From assembly GCF_018350175.1 (NCBI RefSeq), contig NC_058382.1, forward strand, positions 59,708,001-59,772,000: a stretch of 64,000 nucleotides of DNA. The letters are read 5' to 3'. This stretch comes from Felis catus (taxonomy: Eukaryota). Below, piece by piece: positions 11,797 to 24,554 of this stretch. A program made the position numbers and the translations under genes. Under the pieces are notes generated by a model that did no database searches, was not told where the DNA came from, and saw only the letters and a program-made list of their open reading frames with translations. Every line of letters starts with the position of its first letter. Position 1 is the stretch's first letter.

Positions 11797-12403
11797 CAGT
11801 GGCCCCCAGACCTTTTTTTTTTTCATGCTCCCTTTCTTATTCTGAAATGAAATTCATAGAAAACATAATCTATCTACACACCAGTTGCAAAAAAAAAAAA
11901 ATCAATATGAGGCCTTAACTGTAACATAAAGGAAAAGTCATCTAAAATAAAACAACATGGACCTCGAAGATAAATGTTTGGGTCTGACCACACTAGACAA
12001 CGTAATGGCCAGAGGCTCGCACCACAGAGAGAATGTCGGTGACACAGGTGTGTCCCACAGAGGCTCAAACACCACGAAGGCATTGCTGCTGGCAATGTGA
12101 TTTTCCGAAACGGTGAGCAACTCTCGGCAAAGTCCAAATGGAGGTGACAGTTTCCCCTTGACCACGTGGTAGTTGCAGTCCCAGATGACCCAGCGTCTTG
12201 ACAGCTCCGTGAAAGACAGACAGACAGAAAATGGAGGCAGGTTCTAGACCCACAAACTGCAGGAGGATTGTTCATCTACATGACGGTCTGGTGGGGCACT
12301 GGGAAGTGGAGGAGGTTCTTGGGGGACTGTCCCACTCATGGATCCCCTGCAAATTTCCAGAATGCTCCATAGGGGGCAGCAGTGCCCCTATTGAGGGCCA
12401 CTG
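11797..12403. mobile_element. hAT-Charlie DNA transposon (MER20B-like) inserted in a MIR
   Basis: Terminal inverted repeats CAGTGGCCCCCA and TGAGGGCCACTG match at 11/12. Flanks (agctggaagggatctg...; cctcatgtttt..aaatgaggctgaga) read as a split minus-strand MIR. Confidence 0.65.
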
Positions 12404-12719
12404 ATGTTTGGGGTCCCTCATGTTTTAAGGTAAGCAAAATGAGGCTGAGAAATGGGATGAGGCTTACCGGGGTCACACGGCCACTGAACTGAGTGTCGGA
12501 GCAGGTAACTGGTCACCTTAGCACAGGCTTTCTGGCAACAGAGGGCCCTTCCTTCCAACACCTGGTCCTTCCTGCTGAGAAGGCAGGGGCAGGGGGGCGG
12601 GCTGCTTCTAGGCTAAGCAGCCTCGTGAGCTGTGGAGTCACCAGAAGCAACATCCTGGAAGGAGGAAAGAAGGATCCCCGGGCAACCCTGACCTCACTTT
12701 AAGGCAGTGAAGTGTCGGG

Positions 12720-12930
12720 AACACAAACTTTGAAGCCAGAGAGACCCGGATCGGAGTCCTGGCTCTGCTGTCAACTGCCTGTGTGCTATCAAGCCAGTTG
12801 CTTAATTTCTCTCTGAGCCTCGGTTTTCCCACCCGTGAAATGGGGTTAAGAATGTCACCCACCTGTAAGGTGGTTGAGCGTACTTCGTGGGAAAGATGCA
12901 TGTGAAGTGCTTCCTTAGCCCAGAACCTGG
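12720..12930 (+). mobile_element. MIR SINE
   Basis: Core ctggctctgc..tgtgtg..cttaatttctctctgagcctcggttttccc..gtgaaatgggg. Confidence 0.8.
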
Positions 12931-13019
12931 GCGACTAGGCAAGTCCGGCTCGGTGATCACGACAGCTTTGTACGGGCCTCAGCCTGGGGGGGGTGGGGGT
13001 GGGAGAGGGGGTCGGAGAA

Positions 13020-13430
13020 TTTCTTTTCAGTTAATCCTGCCCTTCGTTCGTTTACAATTCAGTGCTTTTTAGGATAGTCAGACAGTCGTGCAGCCATCGT
13101 CACTACCTACTTCCCGAACGTTTTCGTCACCCCCGAAAGAAGCCCCGTTTCCGGCAGCAGTCCCTCCCCACCCCCTGCCCTCAGCCCCTGGCAACAGCAG
13201 GTCTACTTCCTCTCTCTGTAGATGCACCCCTTCTGGACACTGCACGTAAGTGGAATCCTGGCCGCTTTCACTCGGCATCGTGTCTCAGGGGCTCGTCCCC
13301 ACCGTAGCCTGTCAGGACCTCCTTCCTTGTTGTGGCTGAATGATACTCCACTGCTCTGACAGACCACACTTGGTTTATCCATTTGTCTCTTGATGGTTCC
13401 CCCACGTCCTGGGCTGTTACAAACGGTGCT
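13020..13430 (-). mobile_element. L1M(B) 3' region fragment
   Basis: tacaattcagtgctttttag, cagcccctggcaac, ggctgaatgatactccact and gtttatccatt are typical antisense L1MB 3' UTR motifs. Confidence 0.75.
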
Positions 13431-13794
13431 CCCCTGTAAGAGCACTACCCCCAGCACGTGGTAGGTGCTGGATGAGAACTGGCTGGATCTATTCTGAATC
13501 TGGCCTTTGTCTGGGGTGGAGGGACGCGGATGGGACAAGCCCGGCTTCGGATCCAATTCCATGAGTCCCCATGTACCTTAACCTCTCTGCATCTGTGTCT
13601 TCATCGAGCAGATGGGCAGTTTCAAGGAATCAAGAGAGTGTTTTGTACGTGACTAGCCCATAGTAGGTATTCAACGTGTGGTCTCTCATTTGTCTGAGGG
13701 CAGCCCCTTCGAAGCCTTAATCGTTACTCTCTGGCCAGGGCAGAAGCCAGCTCAAAATCGTAGGATCCAGCTGGGTTTTGGGGAGGGGCGCTCT

Positions 13795-13960
13795 GGCACT
13801 GGCTTGTGCACATCTCTTCCCAGCTCTGCAGTCAGTGACACTGATTGGTAGCTTGAAATCAACCCAGTGGGAGTATTTACACCCTGGGAATCAGCAACCC
13901 TTCATAGGAGGGCTTCCCTCCGCGCCGAGAGCCCGTTGTTAACCATTAACCAGCACATCA
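13795..13960 (+). mobile_element. MER63-like hAT-Blackjack element
   Basis: catctcttcccagctc..ttggtagcttgaaatc..gtgggagtatttacacc..gttgttaaccattaaccagcacatcac resembles the MER63 consensus. Confidence 0.75.
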
Positions 13961-14589
13961 CAGGTTCTAGTACTTTCCGGCAGACTGGCCTGGGTGGCGA
14001 CAGGCCAGAGGGGCCAGGAGGGGTCAGGTGGGACAGTCCGTCTCAGAGATGCTGTGTCAGACACGGTTTTCTGCCCCGCAGCCCCTCCCGCTCCTGGCCT
14101 CGGGTCTGGGCACCCACGGTGGAGGTGGAAGGGAGGGGCCTGGCCGTGGCCCACAGGGCCTGGGGTGGGGGTGCTTTCCTCCCCTGTAAAAAGTCTCACC
14201 AAGCACGAGATGCCCTGATGCCTACAACTGTATAGCACCCGTCATGTTGTGTGTGTAGACCAACGTGCCAGGCATGGGATGCGGGGGCAGAAAGAAAGGG
14301 GCGGGCTCCTCAGTGGCAGTATTGTCCCCCGAAGCTGCCTGACTCTGGCCTAAATAGTAGGCCACTAAATATAAAAACACTCTGTTGTTCAAGCCGTATT
14401 TAGTCAAATATTCTGCTACCTGCAGCCCGAATCCTCCCGCTACAGATGCCAACATATGCAGAGAGGAGACTGGGGTTCCGAGGAGGGTTGGGGGCAACTC
14501 AGAGACACCATCTTCAGACTCAGGAGGCAGAACTGTGCCCTAGAGCTGGCCGGCCAAGGAGTCTCCTCCCAATTCAGGCAGCAATCGGG

Positions 14590-15125
14590 AAATGGAAAAA
14601 TTGTTGGAAAAACATATCAGCCAAGACCGACTCGCAAAGAAGCAGAAAGTCTGAACAGTCCTAGAACCAATGATGGTATTGATCAGGCAACTCAAATCCT
14701 CCTGCAAAGAAAACAGCAGCTTTAGTGGTTCAGTTGGTGGAGCACATGACTCTTAATCTCAGGGTCATGAGTTCAAGCCCCACCTTGGGCATGGTGCCTC
14801 CTTAAAAAAACAAAACAAAAACAACTTTCTTATATGATAAAGCACACCTACCAAAATGCTATAGTAAGTATAATTCTTCACGGTGCACATTCGAGGCATG
14901 TCTTTAAAAGCAGGGACGAGGCAAGGACGACTCTTGTTTCTGTTCGATGTTGTATGGTGGGAGTGACCAGCATAGGGGAGTGAGAGAAGTAGTAAAAGCT
15001 ATCAAGGTTGGAAAGCAAGAAACAAAGCCATCATTACTCTCAGACGACACGATTATTAAAAACTTGAATCTACAGAAAAGAAGTAATCGGAAATGATCAA
15101 AGACTTTAACAAGGCAATGCCCAGT
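14590..15125 (+). mobile_element. Degenerate L1 ORF2 reverse-transcriptase fragment
   Basis: 14910-14936 translates AGTRQGRLL (cf. L1 GTRQGCPLS). 15001-15057 translates IKVGKQETKPSLLSDDTII (cf. IGKEEVKLSLFADDMI). Confidence 0.85.
14724..14823 (+). mobile_element. Short tRNA-like carnivore SINE inside the L1 fragment
   Basis: tggttcagttggtggagcacatgactcttaatctcagggtcatgagttcaagcccc followed by an A-rich tail. Confidence 0.8.
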
Positions 15126-17329
15126 AATTAAACCCAAATCTAGAGCCAAGGGAATGGAAAGTGAGCAGCGTGACTTAGACAAGAGGCGGAAGAGCAGAGC
15201 CCATCACAGAGCCACCTGTCCCCAGACTGGGTTCTGCCGAAGGCCAAAGCTGGAGCAAGAATGGGGGTGGGTCTGGTTCCACCCGGTTGGAGAGGAGGCA
15301 CGACCGGGTGGGGAGCGAGCTCTTCCTGGTGCTGGCCTCACGGATCCCTTGCTTCACCCTCTACTGCTCCCAGAACTACCGTCTCTGGGTTCCTTCCAGT
15401 ACAGCTAGCTTGCCACCAAATGGTCCGCTTAGATTCCTTCGTGTTGGCGAGGAACAGGCACACCCAGACCCGATGACCTTGCTCAGCTGCCAGCAAGCGT
15501 CTCTGTACCTTTCTGCTGCCGTTTCCGGCTACCTGTTGCCCTCTCGCCCTCACCTCCCCAGAAGGGAGGATCTGGTCGGACACGCACATCCTTCACGCCT
15601 TGTTCTGCTTATGCTGCCGCCTAACAAACTACCCCAAACCCGTGACCAGAAGAAAGACAAAAGCATGCGTCGTGGTGACAGATCCGTGACCCGAGCAGGA
15701 CTCGGCAGGGACAGCACATCTGTGCTCCATGTGAATTCACGTGAGGCAGCTCAGCACCTGAGGGTGATTCAGCGACCGGGAGCCAGGATCGGCTGAAGGT
15801 TCTCTCACTCACAGGGCTGATGGGACCTCACTCAGGCACTTACATGCGACTTCTCCATGGTGGCTGGCTTCCAAGACCAGGCATCCCAAGAGAACCAGGT
15901 GGAAGGTACATCACCTTTATGACCCTGCACCAAATATGGGATAGAGTCACTCCCACCATTGTCACAAGTCCACTCCAACTCAAGGGAAAGAGATCTAGTC
16001 CACACTTCTTTTGGGATGAGTGGAAAAATCCTACTATAAGAAGAGCGTGTGGTTGGGAGATATTGTTGGGAAACACAACCTGTAACTCCCCTGCCCTGCT
16101 CCTGGCTTCCCCCCTTGTCCGGAAAACCCATCCTCTGTCCGTAAAGGAAGCCCGTGCTCCACTTGTAATGCACTGTCCCTCCAGCCACGGGGATCAGGCC
16201 AGGAGTGGGCATGTGACCTCAAAGAGCTTGGCAGAAGCCAAGCCCGTGGCTGTCAACCCCACGATGGGAATGGACAGCATAGCAGAAGGACACAGATGAT
16301 GCCACGCTGTTGCTGTGTTGACCCAGGACTCTTCAGGGTCTTCTGAGAAAAATTAGACCTTAGCTGGACAAGCCATGGGGGTAGGTTTTCTGTTACAGCT
16401 GAGCACAATCCTAGTTTATACTCGGAACAAACGGCCACTGTCACATTCACCCCACGGTCATCACTGAAGGGAACACAAGGCCCAGGATCACTATGGACGG
16501 CGGCTCTTTATCTGAATAGCTATTCACAGAGGGACCACGTCTCTTTTGTTCATCTTTCCAAGCACTGGACATAGAAGACTCTCGATAAACTTGTCTTGGA
16601 TGAACGAGTGAGTGGAGCAACTAGCAAGAAGCCTCAGTGACAGTGGGTCCCGTGTTAGATAAATCTGGGTTCAAAGCCCACTCCCTCCTCTCACTGGCTT
16701 TTGGATCTCGGGCAGGACCGTTAACCTCTCTCCGCCTCGATTTCTTGACTGTAAAATGGTGATACTGCGATTAACTACCTTCGAGAGTTGTGGTCAAGAT
16801 GGACGGGTTGAAAGGGGGTTCACTCTGGCGTTGTTATTGAACCTAGTAGGAGCGAGGGCGGCTATGGGGGCGGAAGAGGCAGAGTGGGATCTGGTTCCAC
16901 CATTTGTGTGTTCCTTATCCTCAGGCAGGGCAGTTTGGGCTGGGCGCAGTGGGTAATTCTTCTGTGGGACGGTGTGGGACCCCTCACGTGGCTGTAGTGA
17001 TCCGCGTGGTCAGAGACGGGTGCGGCCACGGTGGGTGATGTTGCTTGTGTGGCCTTGCTTCATCCTCCATAGGCAGGTTGGGTCTCCTCGCGGCCATCGG
17101 AGAGGGCGGGAACAGGGACCACAGGGGCCCTTGAGACTGAGGTCAAAGGCTGCACATCACGTCCGCCGCCATGTGTGAGCCAAAGTCCTTTGCAGATTTG
17201 CAGTCACATTGCCAAAGAGCAGGTACGCAGGCCAGCATACTGAGAGGCCACAGCTCCATGCTGAGAATCACCTTCTCCGACCGTGTGCTCCCTCCCCTTG
17301 ATAACCTCCCCCAAAATCTGCAGACTTTA

Positions 17330-17740
17330 AAGAGTTTCCCACTGCCATCGTCACGAGTTACCACCCACCTAGTGACTGGAAACCGCACACTTGTTGTAGA
17401 GTTCCAGAGGTCACAAGTCTAGAATGGTCTGCAGGCCCTTGGTTCCCCCGGAGGCTCTAGAGAAAAATTCCTTCTCTTGCTTTCCCCACTTTCTGGAGGT
17501 GCCACCTCCCTGGCCTGTGCACTGCCCCCATCTTCCTGGCCAGCGGCCCCATCTCACCCCCCTGCCTGCCTCTCATACGGACAATCAGGGTTGCATTTAG
17601 GGCTTGCCTGAATCATCCAGAACAGTCTCCTCGCCTTGACATCCTTCGTCACATCTACAGGGTTTGTCTTGCCAAGTGAGGTAAATATTCACAGGTTCCG
17701 GAGCCTGGGATGTGGGCGTCACTGGGGGAGGGTATTCTGC
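17330..17740 (-). mobile_element. MaLR LTR (MLT1-type)
   Basis: cggaggctctagagaaaaattccttctcttgc, atccagaacagtctc, gtgaggtaaatattcacaggttccggag. Confidence 0.65.
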
Positions 17741-17832
17741 GTAGTACAGATTCTCACATGCTTTCTTTCTAATCTGGTAGTTTCTAGACTTTTTCTAACA
17801 TATTCCAATATGAGGTTAAAAAAAAAAAAAAA

Positions 17833-18070
17833 AGGAACGTCAACCTGGGTGGCTCAGTCTGTTAGGCGTCTGACTCTTCGTTTCGGCTCAGGTCGTGGTC
17901 TCCTGGTTCGTGGGTTCGAGCCCCACATCAGGCTCTGTGCTAACAGCGAGGAGCCTGCTTGGGATTCTCTCTCTCTCTCTCTCTCTCTCCCTCCCTCTCT
18001 CACTCTCTCTCTCTCTCCCCCCCCACCCCTGCCTCTCTCTCTCTCTCTCAAAATAAGTAAATAAATATTA
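17833..18070 (+). mobile_element. CAN-SINE
   Basis: cctgggtggctcagtc head, long CT-rich tract, aaaataagtaaataaa tail. Confidence 0.93.
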
Positions 18071-18229
18071 GAAAGGAGAGAGAGCATACTCCACTATATA
18101 TAATTAAAAGCCTGGGCTCCTCACCCACACTCCCTGGATGCAAGTCCCAACCCCCCCCCACCCCAGCGTGCTGTCCTGGCCATGCTCCTTGACCTTCTCA
18201 TACCCCAGTTTCCCCACCTGCACTATGGG

Positions 18230-18560
18230 GGGTGCTCGCGTCCATGGCTGCCTTAACAAAGTACCACACCCTGGGTGATTTAAATAGCGGACTTTGTCTC
18301 ACCGTTCTAGAGGCCAGAAGTCCAAGATCAAGGTTTCTGGGGAGGACTCTGGCTTACAGGCCTCCGCCCTCTCATCATGTCCCCACACGATGGAGGGAGC
18401 AAGCGTGCTCTGTGACGTCTCTTCTGACAAGGACACTGATCCTCTCGGGTCAGGGCTCCCCGTAGGACCTCATCTCATCTTTGTCATTACCTTGCTGCCA
18501 ATTCAACCATTTTGGGGGTTAGGGCTTTGACATGTGGGTGGGGCCACGGTTCTGTCCACA
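18230..18560 (-). mobile_element. MaLR LTR (MLT1A-like)
   Basis: ggctgccttaacaaagtaccacaccctgggtgattt, ttctagaggccagaagtccaagatcaagg, ttgggggttagggcttt. Confidence 0.75.
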
Positions 18561-18949
18561 GCAGGGGTAGTAACATCTTGTCGAGTTGTGTGGGGTAAGG
18601 GACCGTGTGTCTGGGAGAGGCTTGGCGCAGGGCAGGCAGCGTGGGGGCAGTGTAAGGGCTGGCCGCTGTCGCTTCATCATTTAGAAGGCAAGGGTCTCTG
18701 CTACGCTGCTGGCGTATGCACGTTATCAAACGTGAGTGAGAAGCCTCAAAGAGATGAGATGAATCAGAGTGGAAAGGATGATGGTTTCTTCGTGCGCTGC
18801 CAGCAGATTATCCTGCGAACGCCTTGGGGTGCATGAGCCCTGCTGTGCTAGCCTGGGGGTTCAGTCACTCGTGGCCCTTCAAACACAGCTTCCTGAGCCC
18901 CACCTGAGAATCTGCCTCTCGGATGGTGGGGCCCAATATTTGCATTTTT

Positions 18950-19151
18950 TTTAAGTTTATTTTTGAGAGAGAGACACACACAGAGTGCGAGAGGGGGAGG
19001 GCCAGAGAGAGAGAGACCCAGAATCCGAAGCAGGCTCCCGGCTCCAAGCTGTCAGCACAGAGCCCGATGTGGGGCTCGAACCCACAGACCGCGAGATCAT
19101 GACCTGAGCCGAAGTTGGACGCATAACCGACTGAGCCACCCAGTCGCCCCC
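18950..19151 (-). mobile_element. CAN-SINE inserted in a MER5-like hAT remnant
   Basis: Canonical antisense SINE; TSD aatatttgcatttt / aatatctgcatttt. The flank ggggccca..tgcattttaa is MER5-like. Confidence 0.93.
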
Positions 19152-20315
19152 AATATCTGCATTTTAAAAACATGTTCCTGATGTTCGGGAAACTGCTCTT
19201 GCCTCCTGGGAAATCACCTGAGACCCGGGGACATCCCTCGTAGCACGAGGACCCTGAGTCACGGTCATTCCCGCCTGTCCCGGCACCGCTGCGGCCGAGG
19301 AGCATGGAGATCTTATATCCACGAGGTCCACGCTCCCGAGCCCACGTCCGAAGCAACCCCACCCCTCTTCCCGCCTTTTTTTCCTGGAGACGCAAAAGCA
19401 TTTTGGAAGTTTGCCCTTCCATGTAAAGAGGGTCCCTTCCCTTGTTTTCCGTGTCCGGCGACTCTGGCCCTCGGGCCTTCACCGCTGACGTGAGTTCTCC
19501 CTCGCCGCGAGCCCAGTGGGTCAGAGAGACACTAGTTCTTGAGGCCCGACTTCCTGGGACCTGCATTCACTTTGGAAGTGTGAGGGACACGCCTCCTCGT
19601 TCCCTTCATTCATTCGCCGGCACTAGGTCAGCGTGCAGGCCCGTGGGCCGCGGCTGCGCTGGGGCAGGGGGGTGCCTGGTGCGGCCGTGTGGAGAGCTCT
19701 TGCTTCCCTGCACTCAGCTTCTCCAGAATCTGAAGCCCCAGCCCCCACTCCACTCAGTCAGGGGGGAAAGCAATTCACAGTTTGCTCTTTGCCCTCCAGG
19801 AAGCTTTTACTAACAGCCCAGGGGCTGACGCAGGCCGAGAAAAACACTCTCAGACCTGATGTGCAGTTTCATTGCCCGTGCTGGGTCCCAGATGGAAACC
19901 GTGCTGGGGCCCCTGTCCTCTGCCCTCCCAGCCACACACCCCTGAAAGCCAGAATGAAGATTCCTGCCTCCCCTACTACTCTCTTTCTTTTTCTTCCATT
20001 CATCTTTTTTTTTTTAATTGGAAAGTTAATGTATGCAAATGACAAAACAAAACCCAAACACTGCAGAGAGGTATGCAAGGAAGAGACCTTCTTCTACCAC
20101 AAACCTTCAGGGTACCAGACCCGCCTTTCCAGAGCTAAGCCAAGTCATGTTTCTTGTGTCTGTTTTCAGAAGTAGCCTCTATGCACACGCATGTGTGTAC
20201 GTGCACAGGTAGGATGTGTGTCTGCACCTGTGTGTGCACATACACAGGTGTGTGTTGACAATACACTACGCATTTCTTCTTAGAGGAACAGAAGCATCCA
20301 TGTGTCTTGTCCTTA

Positions 20316-20524
20316 ATTTTTTTTCTTATATTTATTTATTTTTGAGAAACAGACAAAGTGTGAGCAAGGGAGGGGCAGAGAGAGAGGGAGACACGGAATC
20401 CTTAGCGGGCTCCAGGCTCCCAGCTGTCAGCACAGAGCCCGACTCCGGGCTCGAACTCACAACCTGCGAGATCATGACCTGAGCTAAAGTCGGAGGCCCC
20501 ACCGACTGAGCCCCCCAGGTGCCC
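20316..20524 (-). mobile_element. CAN-SINE
   Basis: Antisense SINE with a perfect 13-bp TSD tccatgtgtcttg. Confidence 0.95.
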
Positions 20525-20730
20525 TCCATGTGTCTTGGACAGACACCCCCCCCCCCCGCCTTCCTTTCCTCTAACTGTGTGCTGCTTGTTGGTATATGGG
20601 CACCAAGCTGGATTTATCCGCTCCTAGCTCCAGAGAGACATGAGCCCCTTCCCGGTCTTCACTGTAGTGAACAGAGCTGCGCGGAACGGCACTCCGGCAC
20701 GCCCATGGAACGTGCCTTGGCACACGCATG

Positions 20731-20778
20731 CCGGCGCATCAGACAGCCGGCGCCTCAGACAGCAGGGGCCTCAGACGC
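20731..20778. repeat. 16-bp tandem repeat, 3 copies
   Basis: ccggcgcatcagacag / ccggcgcctcagacag / caggggcctcagacgc. Confidence 0.75.
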
Positions 20779-22227
20779 AGCACCGCACCCGGGAACACGC
20801 CGTCGTGCACCTGCCCAGGGTGTGTCCGTGCAGCGCCCTGCCGCTACACCACGCAGCGGGCCACGTGCCCGGGACCTGCAGGTGTCCCGCTGCGGAGCTC
20901 ACTCTCATCACAGAGCAAAGGTCTTGAATCGGCTTGATTTTCAAACGACTTAACCAAAAACCCACCTCCTCAGCCCTGGTTTGTGAATGTGAGTCCTTCC
21001 CTGGCAACACTGTTATAAAAAAATTAAAAATAAATAAATAAAAAAGAGGGCTGGTGGGGAAGAGCATCCTCAAAACACGGACGGCGTCGCTTCCGGCACA
21101 GAGGGAGCCAGACAGACTAGAACCCACACCCGCAGACCCCAGTCCCCTTGTTCCGCCAGAGCTCCCCCGGCACAAGGCAGACATGAAAGATGTATCTTCC
21201 TTGCCAGCTCAGAGACACTGAGATCCATGCGGGTGCTCCCCTGAGCCTTCCTCAGTCCCCGAATCACCAGAACGGATTTTTAACACACACACCGCCACCC
21301 TGCCGTGGTGCAGCCCGTTGGGGTCTGAACATCCCCGGGGTTCACGGCTGGGACGGAACAGCCCCAGGTCTGTTCTCGGAAGCAGAAAGCCTGCGGGATG
21401 GGGCGAGGCTGTCCTTGCCCAGCTGGAGAGAACAGGGCTTCAGACGGACTGGCAGGCTGCGACCTGGCTTCCCGAGCGTGGCCGTGTCCCGCAAATGACG
21501 ACCCGGCCGCCACCACCACGAACCGCCCTGCCGAGCCCACCCCGTTCACGCCACAACGACTGATGTAGGAATTATTTATAGATCCGAACTCCGCAGAAAC
21601 CATTGTGTCTGCCGTTGCCGCGGCAACAGGGATGTGGCACAAGCCCTGGGCTTGAAGGGGCCACGGGGGCCAGCGAAGGCGGTTGATTTCCAGCCGGGAG
21701 CCCCCAGCTCACACGCGCCATCGGGGGGTCACCGGGAATGAAAGGAGGCTTCAGTCGCGTTTCCAGCGCGGGCTGGCGTGTGTCCCGGAAAGCAGCACCA
21801 CCTGGGTGTTCAGCTGCTGGCTAGTGGTTGGGTTTTGTTCAGACCTCTTGATGAAATCATCCAGAACAGCATCCCCATGGCTGGCGGAGCACTGGCCAGC
21901 TGTGGAGCCTTTCAGGAGGCTGGCTCCTCCCCCGGGCTCCTTGGTCAGTGGGGCCCAGGGATCTGTATGTTACCTTCTGGGCTGGTGGAAACGCACGTGA
22001 CTCAGTGATCTAACCCTGTAGACAGTCGCACACGCACCCTTGTGCCCCTCACCGACCTAGGCGCTTTTGTTAGCATCTTAATTTCTGCTGGTTTTCTGGA
22101 GGGAGATGCAAACACATACCATAGAAGTACTGCCTTCCCCTTTCAAGAAATAGGGATCCTGTATCCGCTCTAGGCGCCTTGATGTTTTCACTCAACGATG
22201 TATTGTCAAGGTGTCCCCAAATCAGTA

Positions 22228-22252
22228 GCTGCTGCTGCTGCTGCTGCTGCTG
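22228..22252. repeat. (GCT)8 microsatellite
   Basis: Read directly. Confidence 0.95.
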
Positions 22253-24300
22253 GGATTTTTTATAACTGCACAGAGCTGCCCCCTCTTGTGTGGACATCCT
22301 GGATGCTTACCTGGATCTTTTCTCTTGGTACAAGTTGCCCAGAAGCAGAACCTAACCTGAAGGTCTGTTTGCAGGTGATTACTAGGAGTGCCCGTCCCCT
22401 GGAGAAACAGGCACGGGTGTGGGGGAGGCAGGACAGGAGGGAAGGAGGCGACACAGGGTGCCCACATCTTGGTGAAGGGCTGCCTGGGGTGATATTAACT
22501 CCCAGGCTTTTCCGCTGCTGAGGGCAGCGTGGCTGCAGGAGCCAAAGGCATCGTCCGAACAATAGCCACAGCACTGACCTTTGGAGCTACGAACACGCCC
22601 AAGTTTCAGGTTCACAGAAATGGCAAGAACGGACGCCCAAGACCAGGGAGGAGCCCGAGACCACTGTCCACGGAATAGGAGCCAGTTCTGGTCTATTCGG
22701 TTCAGACAGGCAGCTTCTCAGAGGCGCCCCCTAGCTCAGGGACCATCCCCATGCACGGAGTACCTCTGCAAACACGGGAGCCCGAGGGGCCCGCCAGGTA
22801 CAGAACAATGCTTCTTCCCTCCCGAGGCCTGGTGCCCAGCAAGCAGGTGGCGATCAGACACGCTGGCCCCATTCACTTCGCCCTGTTGCAGGTGCTCAAG
22901 ATCAGGCACCTTCTGCACCTGCTGGCCGTGGTGCGCGCTTAGCATTGTTGCAGAAATCGCTCCAGCGTCGCCACATTTTATGTATCTGTTTGTATAACCA
23001 GTGTAAAATACATTTATTGGTAATAACTTGGTGCCTGATCCCTAACATCAAGGTCTTTCAGATGAGCAGAATCCTGAACACGCTGGCGTGCGTCCGTGCG
23101 TCGCATTGTCCAGGGCCTCTTAACGGCCGCCGGGTTCATCCGTGCCGAGACCCACCCGGACCCGCTGCGTGCTCTCTGTAAACTCCCTACCGCTGCAGGC
23201 CCTCAGTGGTCCTGCGTGAGCCGCCTGCTTCCCGGTCGAGATGAGTTTCTGTAGCAAGTTCCACATAAGGACTTCCTACTCTCCTGGCCACCTGTTCGTG
23301 CTCTGACCAGCTTCACTTGCCTTCCCAAACCTGTGCTGATCTTGCCCTTGGCAGGCAGGGGCCCTCTTCGTCTTCTCCCTTGAGTGTTCAAGGCCATGCG
23401 GCGTGTGGGGCACGAGCCTTTCCGTGAGATGTCTTAGTGCAAACGTGAGAAAAGCACAGCCCTCTGGGTGCAGGAACCTTGAAGGTGCACGCGGTGACAG
23501 GGACTCAGTGCGCCGGCTGTCTGTGCATGTGTGCGGCCTGGTGTATTAACTCCAACAGAGAAAACTAGAGCAGCAGACGTGAGGTTCCTTTCTGCCTCTG
23601 TCACATCAAAGGCAAGCCGGTGTGGTTCAGGTACCTCCTCATGATCACTCTCCGAGTCTCCCAGTGTTGTTCTTATTCCCCAGAAGGGGTCCCCAGGCAC
23701 TGCCAGGCAGAGGGGACATCTGCGCCCTCATTCAGCCTCATTCACGGGTCTCAGCCGACCCTGCAGGGAGCTCGGAGGCTGTAACGGCCCTGTGGGGGTG
23801 TCTGGAGCAAGGGCGAGGGCCGGGCCTGGTCTCCACGCAGGGACCCCAGGGGCCGTGACTGTGGACAAGGACCCTGTCCTCAGCTGATGGTGTCTCCGGA
23901 CAGGTGGGGAGCAGAGGGCTGGCTCCCAGCTGTAGGCAGGATGAAGTGGGGCCTGGCCCTCACTAGGGCACAAAACCGAGCGGGCTGGCCTCTGGCTGCG
24001 CCCCAGTGTGAGGGAGGGCACTGCCCAGGCTTGAAGGGGCCACTCAGGAGCCGCACCATCACCTCTGCTCCAACTCCTGGCCAGAACTCAGTCACATGGC
24101 TGCCAGGAGCCCCGAGGTGCAGTGTTTAGGGTGAGCACCGTGAGCCTGTTGCAAGCCAGGGGTCTCTACTGTGATAGCGGCTGGGAGGCCATGACACCTG
24201 CACTGACTTGGGCCAGCCCAGAGCCAAGGGCTCTGAACATAAATGATGGCAAAGGAGAGATTAAGGGCTCACTGCCTGCTGTAAGTAGGAAAGGTGAGAT

Positions 24301-24512
24301 TTTTCTTTTTTAAGTTTATTGATTTATTTTGAAAGAGGAAAGGAGAGAACGAGTGGGGGAGGGGCAGAGAGTGGGGGAGAGAGAGAATCCTAAGCAGTCT
24401 CTATGCTGTCACAAGGAGCCCAATGTGGGGCTCAAACTCACGAACGATGAGACCATGACCTGAGCCAAAATCAAGAGACAGACACGTAACTGACTGAGCC
24501 CCCCAGGCGCCC
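24301..24512 (-). mobile_element. CAN-SINE (older subtype)
   Basis: Antisense SINE ending ..actgagccccccaggcgcccc; imperfect TSD ggaaaggtgagat / gggaaggtgggat. Confidence 0.92.
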
Positions 24513-24554
24513 CGGGAAGGTGGGATGCTTAAGAGGACTCAGAAGGAAACGGGT

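Noticed and set aside
22070..22297. PolyQ/polyA-containing short ORFs
   Set aside because: Caused by an isolated (GCT)8 microsatellite with no exon context.
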